Notes: generated by a model from the sequence alone, not told the origin. DNA of 62,170 nucleotides from Pseudobacteriovorax sp. (GCA_050293845.1 JBNKNM010000014.1:1-62170); one strand, 5' to 3'; shown: positions 1 through 10,820, numbered from the stretch's first letter. Numbers and translations are program-made.

Positions 1-388
1 CTTCATGCTCGGCATTAACAGCAATGTAGACTGGGTAGGGGGTTTTGCCTGTTTTAGCGGCTTCTCGCTCGATCAATTGGGCATGTTTGAGGCTGGCCAA
101 GGTTTGTATTTCACTAGCAAAGTGGACAATTTTTTTAATTTTGTTAGATTGAATGTGTCCAATGTATGACCATTGAATGGCTAAATGTGCTAGCTCTTGG
201 GCTTTTTGCTCCAGTTCTTGGGCATAGTTTTCGCCAAAAAGACGTTGTCCTGCCTGGTAAAGAGCTGCGATGTCTGCAGACGTATGTCGTTTACTTACTG
301 CTAGCAGTTGAACGTTTTGATTCAGGGGTCGTGGTGCCTGGGCTATTTTTGTAAGTATTTCCTGGTAGCGGTGTAGGATTGTACTCAT
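1..388 (-). CDS. yggS: YggS/PROSC family PLP-homeostasis protein, truncated by the window edge and absent from the ORF track
   Basis: Manual translation from ATG 388 gives MSTILHRYQEIL...VQLLAVSKRHTSADIAALYQAGQRLFGENYAQE...WSYIGHIQSNKIK. These are the AVSK (PLP Lys), FGENYxQE and IGHIQSNK motifs. A purine-rich RBS lies upstream. Confidence 0.93.
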   Translation of the reverse strand, partial: MSTILHRYQEILTKIAQAPRPLNQNVQLLAVSKRHTSADIAALYQAGQRLFGENYAQELEQKAQELAHLAIQWSYIGHIQSNKIKKIVHFASEIQTLASLKHAQLIEREAAKTGKTPYPVYIAVNAEHE

Positions 389-797
389 CGCTTCCCTTTT
401 GTTGTTGATCGACTTGAGGCTCTAAAATTTTTTTGACGGGGATTTCCCCAGATTCAGCACCTGGTACAGGCGTTCCCGGACCTAGATTGCGTATGTTTGA
501 AGGAATAGCTCCTGTATTATCGTGGCGCGGACGCCTCCCTTCTTCTCGATTCCATGTACTAAGAGGGATATAGGTACTTTCTTCGTTAACCTCGTAATGG
601 GGGGCTTCGATAAAAATTTGCCCTTGCCCATCAATACGAACGGTTACATTTTCAAGAATTTGGTGCTTTGCGCTCGAAATGTCAATGCCATTTAAAAAAA
701 CAGATCGCTGGTTAGCTAGCAAGGTGCATGGGAGTATGAGGGAGAATAAAATCAGAAGGTATCCGCATTTGGGTATAAACCTGACTTTCATGCACAT
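291..797 (-). CDS. Hypothetical exported protein with a Pro/Gly-rich tail
   Basis: 168-aa ORF with an N-terminal signal-like hydrophobic stretch and an AGAGG RBS upstream. Its 3' end overlaps yggS. Confidence 0.7.
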   Translation of the reverse strand: MCMKVRFIPKCGYLLILFSLILPCTLLANQRSVFLNGIDISSAKHQILENVTVRIDGQGQIFIEAPHYEVNEESTYIPLSTWNREEGRRPRHDNTGAIPSNIRNLGPGTPVPGAESGEIPVKKILEPQVDQQQKGSDEYNPTPLPGNTYKNSPGTTTPESKRSTASSK

Positions 798-891
798 TTA
801 CCTCTTTATCATGTTGGCTTTAGTAACTATCATAACATAGGTGACTAATTATTTTGGCAGGGTACATCAATAGAATGGAGTTTACAGAAAA

Positions 892-1515
892 ATGAAAAAA
901 TTGCCTTATGTGCGTTTGCACCTGATTATCATGGCTCTTGGAATTTTGCCAGTATTTTTGACAGGATGTGCGCCTAGCTTTGAAGGAGCTTACAGTGATC
1001 CAGCCAAGGCAGAAATTGTGGATGATAAGTGGAATGAAACCGATGCCCGTAAGACAGCTACCACAATTGTAACATCTGTACTCTCGAAACCATGGTTGGT
1101 TGAATATCGCACACGTACTGGTAAGAGGCCTGTTGTTATTGTTGACGATATCGAAAACCGTACCGATGAGCATATTGATACCAAAGCATTATCGGAATAT
1201 ATCCGCGATGAGCTGATCAACTCCGGTAAGGTGCGCTACCTCAACAACGAACGCCGAAAGCAAATCTTAGAAGAGATTAAATACCAGAACTCTGGAACAA
1301 CTGCTGCTAAGACAAGAAAATCCCAAGGTAAGCAGATCGGAGCGGACTTTTTGTTTGGCGGCTCTATCTCAAGTTCTGTGCATACCCAAGAAGGATTGAA
1401 AACAGTGACCTACCAGACAGCTATGACTTTGACTAATTTGGAAACTACGGAGATCTCTTGGAGTGGCAAAGAGTTAATCAAAAAACGTTTCAATCGAGCA
1501 AGAGCTAGCTGGTGA
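892..1515 (+). CDS. lpoB: LpoB-like lipoprotein (penicillin-binding protein activator family)
   Basis: Lipobox LTGC; motifs IENRTDEHID, LINSGKVR and GADF typical of LpoB/CsgG-like proteins. Confidence 0.8.
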   Translation: MKKLPYVRLHLIIMALGILPVFLTGCAPSFEGAYSDPAKAEIVDDKWNETDARKTATTIVTSVLSKPWLVEYRTRTGKRPVVIVDDIENRTDEHIDTKALSEYIRDELINSGKVRYLNNERRKQILEEIKYQNSGTTAAKTRKSQGKQIGADFLFGGSISSSVHTQEGLKTVTYQTAMTLTNLETTEISWSGKELIKKRFNRARASW

Positions 1516-1525
1516 GGTCGCTTTC

Positions 1526-2815
1526 ATGAAACAGCTACTAAGCATCCTTAGGGGTGCTTTTTTATTCAGTCTTTCTATGTTTTTGGTGCAGTGTGCCAGT
1601 TATCAGGATGATTTGAAGAAGGTAAAAGAAGCCTACGCAAAAGAGTCCTATGGTGCTGCTTTAGAGGCCTTGGAAAGTTCTGCCATTAAAACTGCAAGTA
1701 GAAACCGTCTGTTATACCTATTCGAAAAAGCGCAGATCTATGAGAGTATGGGGGAAGGTAAAAAATCTCGAAATCTATTGCTAAAAGCTGATAAGATTGT
1801 TGATGAACTTTATACCGTCTCCGTGTCGAAGGAAGCAGCCACCTACTTATTTAATGAGTCCGCCCAAGATTATGCTGGCGAAGACTATGAAAAAGTAGCA
1901 ATTCATACTATGCTTGCCCTATCGTTTCTGAAAGATAATATGCTTTCTGCAGCAAGGGTTGAAGCTAAAAAAATTAACAGCCGGCTCAATGAAATAAATA
2001 ATGGTTACGACAGTAAAAGCAAAAACCACTATAGTGAAGATGCCTTTGCTCGCTACCTTTCCGGGATGATTTATGAGTCTCAGGGTGAATTTGATGCAGC
2101 AATTATTGATTACCGCAAAGCCCTATCTTTGTATGAGGGTATTTATAGCAGTGAATTTAAAACACCTCTCCCGCGAACCTTGATTAAAGCGCTCAATCGT
2201 CTATATTTTAGGCGTGGCAGATCTGCAGATCAGGCTAGATTGAAAAAAAATTATGGCCGCTTATTAGCAGCTTCTCCTAGTTCTGCTCAGAACTATGGCG
2301 AGCTTATTGTGATTCATAAGCTAGGTCGCATTGCGGCTAAGCAGCGGGAGGAGTTTGTGACGACTTTTGGAAAGCAAATTCTACGTTTTTCCTTCCCTAT
2401 CATCCGACCCAAATCTTTCTATGCTTTTGGTAAAACAGGAGTACAGGTGGAGGGTTTGAAATTTAGTGGTGGAGAGTTAGTGCAGAACATGGACCAGATT
2501 GCGGCTAAAACCTTAGAAGATAGACGTCTGAGAATGATACTCAAGGCAGGAGCCAGGTTAGTAATCAAAGGGCAGTTGTCCCAGGAAGCAGGAAAACGCT
2601 ATGGGCCTCTTGCTGAGTTGGCTGTAAATATTTTCGGCGCTGTTACAGAAACTGCGGATACCAGGTCCTGGACCCTTCTACCATCGCAATTTTATGTTAC
2701 TAGAACTCTTTTAGAGCCAGGGAATTACAATATTAAAATTTTTAGTGGCGGCAAACTTCAGGAAATTAAAAATCTGGCTATTAAGTCTGGTAAGATGATG
2801 TTTATGGTGGACTGA
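1526..2815 (+). CDS. COG3014-type TPR lipoprotein
   Basis: Lipobox VQC; motifs YAGEDYE, ARVEAKK, AAIIDYRKA and ADTRSWTLLP. This family is commonly adjacent to lpoB. Confidence 0.8.
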   Translation: MKQLLSILRGAFLFSLSMFLVQCASYQDDLKKVKEAYAKESYGAALEALESSAIKTASRNRLLYLFEKAQIYESMGEGKKSRNLLLKADKIVDELYTVSVSKEAATYLFNESAQDYAGEDYEKVAIHTMLALSFLKDNMLSAARVEAKKINSRLNEINNGYDSKSKNHYSEDAFARYLSGMIYESQGEFDAAIIDYRKALSLYEGIYSSEFKTPLPRTLIKALNRLYFRRGRSADQARLKKNYGRLLAASPSSAQNYGELIVIHKLGRIAAKQREEFVTTFGKQILRFSFPIIRPKSFYAFGKTGVQVEGLKFSGGELVQNMDQIAAKTLEDRRLRMILKAGARLVIKGQLSQEAGKRYGPLAELAVNIFGAVTETADTRSWTLLPSQFYVTRTLLEPGNYNIKIFSGGKLQEIKNLAIKSGKMMFMVD

Positions 2816-2916
2816 ACGGAAGCGAGGGCTCGAAGGCCTCCGTTTATTAACAATTTAGGCTAGCTCATAGCGCGTTGCGAGTCAAATATACTTAGTGCTG
2901 GAATATCGAATTCGAC

Positions 2917-3047
2917 AATGCCGACACTAATACGGCTAAAAGCATCTTAGAAAGGGCGACTGGTGCAACTGTCCAAAATGTTTTGAAGGATGAAAATCCT
3001 GATAAGAGTCCCCACTATAGCGAATGCTTAGCGGAGGAAGGGTTCAA
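2917..3047 (+). mobile_element. Probable degenerate TnpB (IS200/IS605) 3' remnant with right end
   Basis: Frame 2917 reads NADTNTAKSILERA, like the TnpB RuvC-III NADxNAAxNIL motif. It is followed by CCCCACTATAGCGAATGCTTAGCGGAGGAAGGGTTCAA, a subterminal hairpin ending in TTCAA. Confidence 0.5.
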
Positions 3048-3053
3048 GAAGTG

Positions 3054-3079
3054 AGCCACTTTCACTAAACAAAGTGGCT
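3054..3079. terminator. Hairpin between convergent genes
   Basis: AGCCACTTT-N8-AAAGTGGCT perfect 9-bp stem just downstream of the dehydrogenase stop. Confidence 0.55.
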
Positions 3080-3103
3080 GAGTTACAATTATTAAATGCT
3101 GGT

Positions 3104-4201
3104 TTAATTAGAAATCCAAAGTTGATTATCAAATGAGTTGCGCAGATCGCTCATGGACTTAACGGCATGAATCCTGTCTTCTGCGATTTTATTGGAGGCT
3201 TGGATCGTTGTGATGCCCTGGGTGGCAGCTTCTTTGTAGATGCTGATAAGAGTGTCAAAAATACCTGCTGCGCGGCTGCGAGCTGCCTCGCTATCATAAC
3301 CCTGAAGCTCTTGGTAAACATTGATGAGACCACCGGCGTTTATTACATAGTCAGGCGCATAAAGAATATTGCGTTCCTGCAACATATTTGCGTGCTTGAT
3401 TTCATCGAGTAGTTGGTTGTTAGCACCGCCAGCTACAATGGGAGTGTTGAGAGCAGGAATTGTATCATCATTAAGGACACCACCTAGAGCACATGGTGCA
3501 AATACATCGACTTCCTGAGAATGGACTTTATCAAGCACGACAGCTTGGGCTCCAAACCTTTTTACAACGTTCTGTACTTTCTCGTCGTTAATGTCAGCAG
3601 CGAGAACCGTAGCTCCTTCTTGGGTTAGGAACTCAATGAGATAACCACCTACAGCACCACAGCCCTGTACGGCTATGCGCAGTCCTTTTACAGAGTCTTT
3701 TCCAAGCTTGTGCTTGACCGATGCTTTGATACCATTAAAAACGCCCCAAGCTGTTACGGGTGAAGGGTCTCCCGATCCACCAGTCCGTGAGTTGATACCT
3801 GTTACATAGTTAGTCTCAAAGGCAACATGCTCCATATCTCGGACACGAATATTAACATCTTCAGCAGTAATATAACGGCCGCTTAAGCTATCCACGAACC
3901 GTCCAAAGGTGCGGAAGAATGCTTCGTTTTTTAACTTTTTGGGATCACCAATGATTACCGACTTACCACCTCCAAGGTTTAACCCTGAAACTGCAGCCTT
4001 ATAAGTCATACCACGGGAGAGCCTCAGGACATCTTCAAGAGCCTCCTCCTCTGAGCTGTAGTTCCACATACGGCATCCACCGAGTGCAGGACCAAGAGTT
4101 GTGTCGTGTATAGCAATGATTGCCTTTAGGCCTGTAGCCGTGTCGTTACAGAAAACAACTTGCTCGTGACCCATACTCGATAACGTTTCAAAGATGGCCA
4201 T
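3104..4201 (-). CDS. Leu/Phe/Val (ELFV) dehydrogenase
   Basis: Motifs GPALGGCR, GMTYK, GGGK, GDPSPVTAWG, QGCGAVG and PDYVINAGG. The likely start is ATG 4201 after GAGGAAGGA. Confidence 0.93.
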   Translation of the reverse strand: MAIFETLSSMGHEQVVFCNDTATGLKAIIAIHDTTLGPALGGCRMWNYSSEEEALEDVLRLSRGMTYKAAVSGLNLGGGKSVIIGDPKKLKNEAFFRTFGRFVDSLSGRYITAEDVNIRVRDMEHVAFETNYVTGINSRTGGSGDPSPVTAWGVFNGIKASVKHKLGKDSVKGLRIAVQGCGAVGGYLIEFLTQEGATVLAADINDEKVQNVVKRFGAQAVVLDKVHSQEVDVFAPCALGGVLNDDTIPALNTPIVAGGANNQLLDEIKHANMLQERNILYAPDYVINAGGLINVYQELQGYDSEAARSRAAGIFDTLISIYKEAATQGITTIQASNKIAEDRIHAVKSMSDLRNSFDNQLWISN

Positions 4202-4524
4202 AGGTATCCTTCCTCTTCGTTGAAAAGTCCTTGTTACGTCTTCATATTGTGAGGTCATAATGGTCAGACGTGACATCACAAATACCGGATAGGTAGGAAA
4301 ATAGCAAGATTTTGACTTTTTTGTGATGAAGCTTCCCCTTTTTCAATAAGCTAAGAATAATAGGTTCTTGAAGTGTCTGGCTGGTCAGTTTATTAAATCT
4401 TGGAGATTATCTTATAAATATCATTGCCATATTTAGGATATTCTTGTTTTTTTTGACTTATTTCGCTAGTACCATGAGTCGCTCATTGCAAAGCTATGTT
4501 GCTATGCCCACGGAGAAGCTCTCT

Positions 4525-6399
4525 ATGAAAAAGTATGATGTCATCGTAGTCGGAGGTGGTCACGCCGGTTGTGAGGCTGCACTGGCAGCAGCAAGAATGG
4601 GATGTCGCACCATATTAGTGACCCAATCGGTGGAAAGAATTGCCGCGATGTCCTGTAACCCGGCAATCGGAGGAACAGCAAAAGGCCACCTGGTAAAAGA
4701 AATTGATGCGTTAGGTGGGCAGATGGGGAAGGCGATAGATCAAACCGGGATTCAATTTAGGATACTAAATCGGAAAAAAGGTCCTGCTATCTGGTCTTCA
4801 AGGGCTCAGGCTGATATGGACTTGTACCGACGGTACATGAAGCATACCCTAGAAAATACGCCGAACTTAGCTATTCGCCAAGATTCTGTCGAGGCTTTAC
4901 TTGTAGACCAGAGCACTGAGAAACCTAGGATAAAAGGGGTAAAAACTCAGGTGTTCGGATCTTTCGATGCTGATCGTGTGATCATCACCAGCGGTACCTT
5001 TTTAAATGGTTTAATCCATATCGGCTCTCTTAAGGTGACTGCGGGACGTGCAGGTGATGCGGCCTCCATTGGCTTGGCTCAGTTTATTCGCCAAATGGGC
5101 TTCCGAGTGGGGCGCTTGAAAACCGGAACAACACCACGCCTTGATGGGAAAACCATCGATTGGGATGCTTGCGAAGTACAGCACTCCGATAAAGATATTA
5201 TACCTTTTAGCTTTACCACTAAAAAGATTACTCAACCACTTATGCCTATGCATATCACCTACACCAATGAAAAGACCCATGAGGTCATCCAAAGCTATCT
5301 ATCGGAATCCCCTCTTTATAGCGGCGAGATTGTTGGTGTCGGACCGCGCTATTGTCCCTCCATTGAAGATAAGGTAGTTAAATTCCCTGACAGACTGTCC
5401 CATCAGGTATTTTTAGAGCCTCAGGGTTATGATACCTGCGAAGTTTACCCGAACGGACTTTCGACCTCTTTACCGCTAGAGGCTCAGCTCAAGTTTATCC
5501 GCACGGTAACTGGGCTGGAGCAGGCCGATATTATCAGGCCGGGTTACGCTATCGAATATGACTTTGTCGATCCCACTGAATTAGATTTCACCCTAGAAAC
5601 AAAGAAGGTCGCAGGTCTGTTTCTAGCCGGGCAAATCAATGGCACAACGGGCTACGAAGAGGCTGCATCCCAGGGTTTGATGGCTGGTATCAACGCTGCC
5701 TTGACCCATCGGGAGCTGGAACCATTGATTCTGAAACGATCGGAATCCTATATTGGCGTCTTAATTGATGACTTAGTGACTAAGGGTACCAAAGAACCCT
5801 ATCGTATGTTTACATCCCGAGCTGAATATAGATTATTCCTTAGGGAAGATAACGCTGATACGCGTCTTACGAATATTGGACGACGTATCGGGCTGGTGAG
5901 TGATCACGATTTTAGTGCGTTTAAAGAGCGTCAACAGCAGCTTCAAGAGGGACTTGAATATGTCCACCATACAAGCATCGGCAATCTGAATATTCCTCAG
6001 AATATGATTGATTCGAAAGACAATGGGGGGACGCGGCTGGCGGCCATTATTAAGAAGCCATCGGTTGATATTCAAGAACTTGAAAAGTATGTTCCCTCTT
6101 TAAAGAGCTATGGACCAACGGTGTTGCGGCGTATCGCCATCGAACTAAAGTATGCAGGATATATTGAACGGGAGCAGCGTTCCATCAGAACATCCCTGCA
6201 GCTGGAGAAAGTAAAAATTCCCCTTTCTTTTTCGTTCGAAAACCTTCCTGGTTTAAGTCGTGAAGTGGTCGAGAAATTAAAAAAGCATCAACCAGGGAAT
6301 CTTGGACAAGCATCCCGTATTAGTGGCATCACTCCTGCTGCCGTGCAAATCTTACAGGTTTACATCAAGCAAAAATACAGAGAACCAACGCATCGCTAG
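4525..6399 (+). CDS. mnmG: tRNA uridine-5-carboxymethylaminomethyl modification enzyme MnmG/GidA
   Basis: Motifs [30 protein letters not shown] and [13 protein letters not shown]. Likely start ATG 4525. Confidence 0.97.
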   Translation: MKKYDVIVVGGGHAGCEAALAAARMGCRTILVTQSVERIAAMSCNPAIGGTAKGHLVKEIDALGGQMGKAIDQTGIQFRILNRKKGPAIWSSRAQADMDLYRRYMKHTLENTPNLAIRQDSVEALLVDQSTEKPRIKGVKTQVFGSFDADRVIITSGTFLNGLIHIGSLKVTAGRAGDAASIGLAQFIRQMGFRVGRLKTGTTPRLDGKTIDWDACEVQHSDKDIIPFSFTTKKITQPLMPMHITYTNEKTHEVIQSYLSESPLYSGEIVGVGPRYCPSIEDKVVKFPDRLSHQVFLEPQGYDTCEVYPNGLSTSLPLEAQLKFIRTVTGLEQADIIRPGYAIEYDFVDPTELDFTLETKKVAGLFLAGQINGTTGYEEAASQGLMAGINAALTHRELEPLILKRSESYIGVLIDDLVTKGTKEPYRMFTSRAEYRLFLREDNADTRLTNIGRRIGLVSDHDFSAFKERQQQLQEGLEYVHHTSIGNLNIPQNMIDSKDNGGTRLAAIIKKPSVDIQELEKYVPSLKSYGPTVLRRIAIELKYAGYIEREQRSIRTSLQLEKVKIPLSFSFENLPGLSREVVEKLKKHQPGNLGQASRISGITPAAVQILQVYIKQKYREPTHR

Positions 6400-6651
6400 A
6401 GCTTATCAAAAGCGCTCTAGAAGCTTGTTTAAGTCAAGTTTAATAGGCAGGAATGTGCTAAGTATGCCGATTGTGTTGAGTGGCTATTTAGACCTAGGTA
6501 GTTAGTTGAGTAGGTCTGAATAGCATTGTATTTTCCTATTCAAAAATTGGCATAAGGTGAGTAGACTGCGCTATTGAATTGCTTTTTTATCAAAAGGCTG
6601 TTTAGCTATTCGAAAATTGACTGGTGAATTTGATAAACAGGAGGGTAGTTG

Positions 6652-9300
6652 ATGAAGATTGGAATCGCAAAGGCATTTGTGATATGCGGAGGAACCTTAC
6701 TGACATCCGCTTTGGCTTTAAGTCAAGAGCAGGCAGAAGGTGAAAATACTGAGAGAATCCAGGTTACTGGATCTAGAATTAAAAGACTCGATATGGAAGG
6801 TTCCTCACCGGTAACCGTTATCGATCGTCAAGCTATTGAAATTTCGGGATCGCAAACTATAACTGACGTATTGAAAACGTTACCGGCTATTGTGGGTAAC
6901 TCAGTAACCACTTCGACTACTAATGGTGGTGGTGGTGGAGCCGGTAATGTCACTTTGCGAGGCTTACCTGCCACGGCTACACTTATTCTTTTAAACGGGC
7001 GTCGGCTACCAAACGATGGACTTGCCGGAGAGACTCCTGATTTGAATGCTATTCCTGTAGCTGCTATTGAGCGCATTGAAGTATTAAAGGACGGTGCTTC
7101 AGCAGTATATGGTTCCGATGCCATTGCCGGCGTTGTTAATATCATTACCAAATCGGACTTTTCGGGAACTAATCTTGAGTTCTATGCTGGTCAAGCATCC
7201 CGGGGTGATCTTGAAACTGTTAGCACTTCCATTACTTACGGATCGTCAGGTGATCGTGGCAATATCATGGTTGGGGTGAATCATTATCGTCAGGGTAATG
7301 TGCGGTCAGCAGATCGTGACGTATCAAAGGTTACGCTAAGACCAAGTTCGTCCATTCCTGCCGGAAGAGCTACGGTTTCTAATGGTGCTAGCGGTTTTAC
7401 TTGCTCAGATGCTACAGCTAGTACCTGCGCAGTGACCCTAGCTGACGGTGTGACAAATCCCGATGGTCCCGAAGATTTTCGCGAATACACTAGCGCTGAC
7501 TCATATAACTACGCAGAAATAACTGATGCTATCATGGCTCAGGAAAGACGCAGTGTATACCTATCAGGTGTCTATGATTTTAGCGAGAGCGTACGTGGTA
7601 ACGTGACAACCACTTACACGAATACTTTAAGCGAGTACGCGTCCGCTCCTACTCCCATTTTTACCGCCTTTGAGACCGGAGGTCTTAGTCTGGCGGCTGA
7701 CAACGTCTTTAATCCATTTGGTGAGGAGCTAAGTGACGTGCGACGCCGTATGCTCGACCTTGGTCCCAGGATTAGTTCTTTTGACTCTAACGTCACTAAC
7801 CTTGTTCTAGGGCTTGATGGTGATATTATGGATGGGCTATGGACCTGGAATGTTGATTATAACTACGGCAATACCCGAACCATTGAAACAGCGGAAAATA
7901 TTGTCAACAAAACCAACTTGAAAGCAGCTCTGGGTAGCCCCAGTACTTGTGATGCTCTATCAAGTTTGGGCTGTACGCCTATCAATATGTTTGCTCCAGC
8001 GGGTACTTTAACCGCAGCGCAGAAAGCATGGATTAGCACCGAAGCCAACATTCGTGGCGAGGCCGACACAGAATCGCTGTCAGTGAACTTTTCAGGAGAA
8101 TTGGCTGAGCTCGCAGGAGGTCCTGTGGCAGTGGCTGTGGGTGCTGAAGTTCGTCAGGAGTCCATTAAGTTTAGACCTGATGGCCAAACATCAAGCTATA
8201 ATTCTATCGGTAATACTAACTTTGGACCCACTGAAGGCGATCGGGATGTCAATGAAGTTTATGTTGAGGCTTTTCTTCCTGTAGTGAAAGTTCTCGATGT
8301 TGAGTTGGCTGCTCGCTATTCCAGCTACAGTGATTTTGGTAATACTTTTAATCCTAAGGCAGGACTTAAAGTCAAACCTACGAATGACTTGATTATTCGT
8401 GGTACTTACTCTACAGGTTTTCGCGCTCCAAGTCTGCGAGAATTGTATCAGGGTGCCGCTGAAAACTTCGCCTTCCTCACCGATCCTTGTGCTGAAGATG
8501 CCAGTGTTTGTAATGGGGGGCCTCAAAGTGATAAAGACATCATTCAATTCTTGGCTTTGGAAGGTGGCAACGAAGATCTTGAGCCAGAGGAGTCAGAAAG
8601 CTATACATTTGGTGTCGCGTACTCTCCTAGTTTTGGCCTTAATGTCAAGGCGGATTACTTCTACGTGGAAACTAAGAACGCTATCGATATCAATCCTCAG
8701 TTTGTCATGGATCAATTCCGTAAGAATGGTCTATTTACGGATAAGGTTACAACCGATGCCAATAATAATATAACTTTAATCGAAGCAACAGCCCTTAACC
8801 TAGCTGCCCGTAAAGTCAAAGGTATTGACTTTGGTATCGACTATGCTTCTTCACTTGGTGGTACAAGCCGCTTTAGTGTTGCCCTAACAGGAACTAAGTT
8901 CCTAGAGTACTTAAATCAAGCGGATAAGACATCTGAGTTTGAAGATGTGGTCGGTAAGTATGTGGATGCTGCTTCTGGTGGGGTAGGATCTATTCCTAAC
9001 CATAAACTCAATTTAGGACTTGGCTATGGTGTCGGCGATCTAGCCTTGAACCTCACAAGCAACTACATCAGTGCCCTTGATGCTGATGGCACGGAAGAAG
9101 ACTTTGAGGCTTGGTTAACCCATGACATTCAAGTGAGTTATACTGTAACTAGCTTAGCCACAACATTTACTGTTGGTGTAGACAATGTCACAGATAAAGA
9201 GCCACCTAGTTCCGATAAATCTTTTAACGATAATATCGATGCTAGAACTCATAATCTGATAGGAAGATTCTATTACGCGAGTGTTTCTACTACCCTTTAA
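6652..9300 (+). CDS. TonB-dependent outer membrane receptor
   Basis: Signal peptide; TonB-box-like ERIQVTGSRI; plug motif IERIEVLKDGASAVYGSDAIAGVVNIITK; GFRAPSL; C-terminal beta-strand. Confidence 0.93.
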   Translation: MKIGIAKAFVICGGTLLTSALALSQEQAEGENTERIQVTGSRIKRLDMEGSSPVTVIDRQAIEISGSQTITDVLKTLPAIVGNSVTTSTTNGGGGGAGNVTLRGLPATATLILLNGRRLPNDGLAGETPDLNAIPVAAIERIEVLKDGASAVYGSDAIAGVVNIITKSDFSGTNLEFYAGQASRGDLETVSTSITYGSSGDRGNIMVGVNHYRQGNVRSADRDVSKVTLRPSSSIPAGRATVSNGASGFTCSDATASTCAVTLADGVTNPDGPEDFREYTSADSYNYAEITDAIMAQERRSVYLSGVYDFSESVRGNVTTTYTNTLSEYASAPTPIFTAFETGGLSLAADNVFNPFGEELSDVRRRMLDLGPRISSFDSNVTNLVLGLDGDIMDGLWTWNVDYNYGNTRTIETAENIVNKTNLKAALGSPSTCDALSSLGCTPINMFAPAGTLTAAQKAWISTEANIRGEADTESLSVNFSGELAELAGGPVAVAVGAEVRQESIKFRPDGQTSSYNSIGNTNFGPTEGDRDVNEVYVEAFLPVVKVLDVELAARYSSYSDFGNTFNPKAGLKVKPTNDLIIRGTYSTGFRAPSLRELYQGAAENFAFLTDPCAEDASVCNGGPQSDKDIIQFLALEGGNEDLEPEESESYTFGVAYSPSFGLNVKADYFYVETKNAIDINPQFVMDQFRKNGLFTDKVTTDANNNITLIEATALNLAARKVKGIDFGIDYASSLGGTSRFSVALTGTKFLEYLNQADKTSEFEDVVGKYVDAASGGVGSIPNHKLNLGLGYGVGDLALNLTSNYISALDADGTEEDFEAWLTHDIQVSYTVTSLATTFTVGVDNVTDKEPPSSDKSFNDNIDARTHNLIGRFYYASVSTTL

Positions 9301-9326
9301 TTTTAAGGTCTAAGTTAGTTAGAACC

Positions 9327-9357
9327 ATGGCCAGATACTTGTGATCTGGCCATTTTT
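9327..9357 (+). terminator. Rho-independent terminator
   Basis: ATGGCCAGAT-N7-ATCTGGCCAT followed by TTTT after the TonB receptor stop. Confidence 0.85.
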
Positions 9358-9504
9358 ATGATCAGACTAGCAAAAGACTTCACCAGTTGATCCATTTTAA
9401 GGTAGGCTCTTCTCGATCCTGCTAAATAGAATTCCAACTCTTCTTGCCATGGCAATATCCTAAGGAGTATCAATAAAAACCATAAGATCTATCAAGTCAC
9501 CGAT

Positions 9505-9537
9505 TTTATCAAATTTTCCAGGAAACCCGATCTCTTT
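9505..9537 (-). mobile_element. 33-bp scar of the IscB element right end
   Basis: TTTATCAAATTTTCCAGGAAACCCGATCTCTTT matches 62096-62129 (TTCATCAAACTTCTCCAGGAAACCCGGTCTCTTT) at 30 of 34 positions by eye. Confidence 0.65.
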
Positions 9538-9585
9538 CCATTTTTAACTCTGTGAGATCATTTCTTAGTCTGGGGTTTGACCCGT

Positions 9586-10008
9586 TTAGCTAGCTTTTTT
9601 GAAAGTTTTTCCTAGATTACTTAAGAAGCTTCGATACTCGCTCATGTTTTTGGGCTTCGTAATATATCTATTCGCACCATTTTTGAGCGCTAGACTGATG
9701 TCTGCATTACTAGATGAATTTGAAAATACTATAATAACCGGGATTTTCTTGAATGCTGTCTTAGAACGAATGTTTTTTAGAACTTCATAGCCTGTCGTTT
9801 CAGGCATGTTCAAATCGAGCAATATGACCGCCGGGTAAGGAACGTTGTTGCTTTTGACAAGCTCAAGAAAGTCGAAGAATTTAGGAAGCTTTTGAAAGTA
9901 TATGAGTTCGTTAGTTAGAGAAGATTTTTTAAGGTACTGTTTTAGTAATATGTACTCCATGGAGTCATCATCAACTAAAACTATTGCACCATCACTATTA
10001 TTATCCAT
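9586..10008 (-). CDS. Single-domain response regulator
   Basis: Receiver motifs LVDDD, LLDLNMP, FS and ITKP. Likely start ATG 10008. Confidence 0.88.
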   Translation of the reverse strand: MDNNSDGAIVLVDDDSMEYILLKQYLKKSSLTNELIYFQKLPKFFDFLELVKSNNVPYPAVILLDLNMPETTGYEVLKNIRSKTAFKKIPVIIVFSNSSSNADISLALKNGANRYITKPKNMSEYRSFLSNLGKTFKKAS

Positions 10009-10019
10009 AAAACACCTTT

Positions 10020-10563
10020 CTAAAAGCTTATGCAAACACTAAACTCATTTTCGGATGTTTCAATCCAAATCCTTCCCTTATGATTACGTATGATTTGCTT
10101 CGCAATAGCAAGTCCCATACCAGCATTTGTAGAAGAAAAAGAGCCTAATTTTTTTAACAGCAAAAATACTAAGCTCTGGTTTTCAAATGATATAGTAGAG
10201 CCTGTGTTCGTTATTTGGATATAGGTGTTAGTATCCCGCTTCATCGCGTTTATTTTAATTTCGAAGGAATTCTTACCAGTATGTAAAAAAGCATTATTTA
10301 ATAACTTTTTTATTAAGATTTCAAACTGCTCTACATCGACGATTATCGTAATGTCTGACTTTATAAGAACCTTTTCATTTCAATTTTCCATTTGCTCTTT
10401 AAAGTCAGATAATATTGGATGGAGTAACTCCTGCATACTAATGGCTTCTTTTGTTAAAGCGGCTCCAGAAATTAAAGCTAGATTTCTGAAATTGTCAATT
10501 ATGTTCAAACTTTCTAATGAGCACTCCAGAGTATTATCCACTATCTCCTTATCATATGGATTT
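10020..10563 (-). pseudogene. Histidine kinase fragment with an in-frame stop
   Basis: The frame reads ...ESLNIIDNF...KEQMEN*NEK...KLLNNAF...GMGLAIAKQII..HKGRIW (N-box and G2 box). TGA at 10380-10382; no H-box or start found. Confidence 0.75.
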
Positions 10564-10820
10564 TGACGTCCATGGACATCACATGAACAGGTATGTCACG
10601 AATTTGACTGTCAGCTTTAATTGTTTTAAGAACTTCTATTCCGCTCATGTTAGGTAAGTTGATATCTAGTATCACTACATCCGGATGACTGGTTTTAATG
10701 AGTTCGATACCTTGATGAGCATTTTCAGCTATTTCGGTTGAGTATTTTGTTCACACTTTTCTTTTACGACACATGCAAATACGGGGTCATCTTCGATGAT
10801 AACGACTCTGATTGAGCGGC
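10564..10820 (-). pseudogene. Frameshifted receiver-domain fragment
   Basis: RVVIIEDDPVF... and, in another frame, HPDVVILDINLPNMSGIEVLKTIK..IPVHVMS. The frameshift is near 10745. Confidence 0.75.

Noticed and set aside
10380..10382. In-frame TGA as recoding (Sec or Trp)
   Set aside because: Many genes here end in TGA and the surrounding locus is otherwise degraded, so a nonsense mutation is simpler.
10225..10566. 113-aa plus-strand ORF
   Set aside because: It is the antisense shadow of the kinase pseudogene.
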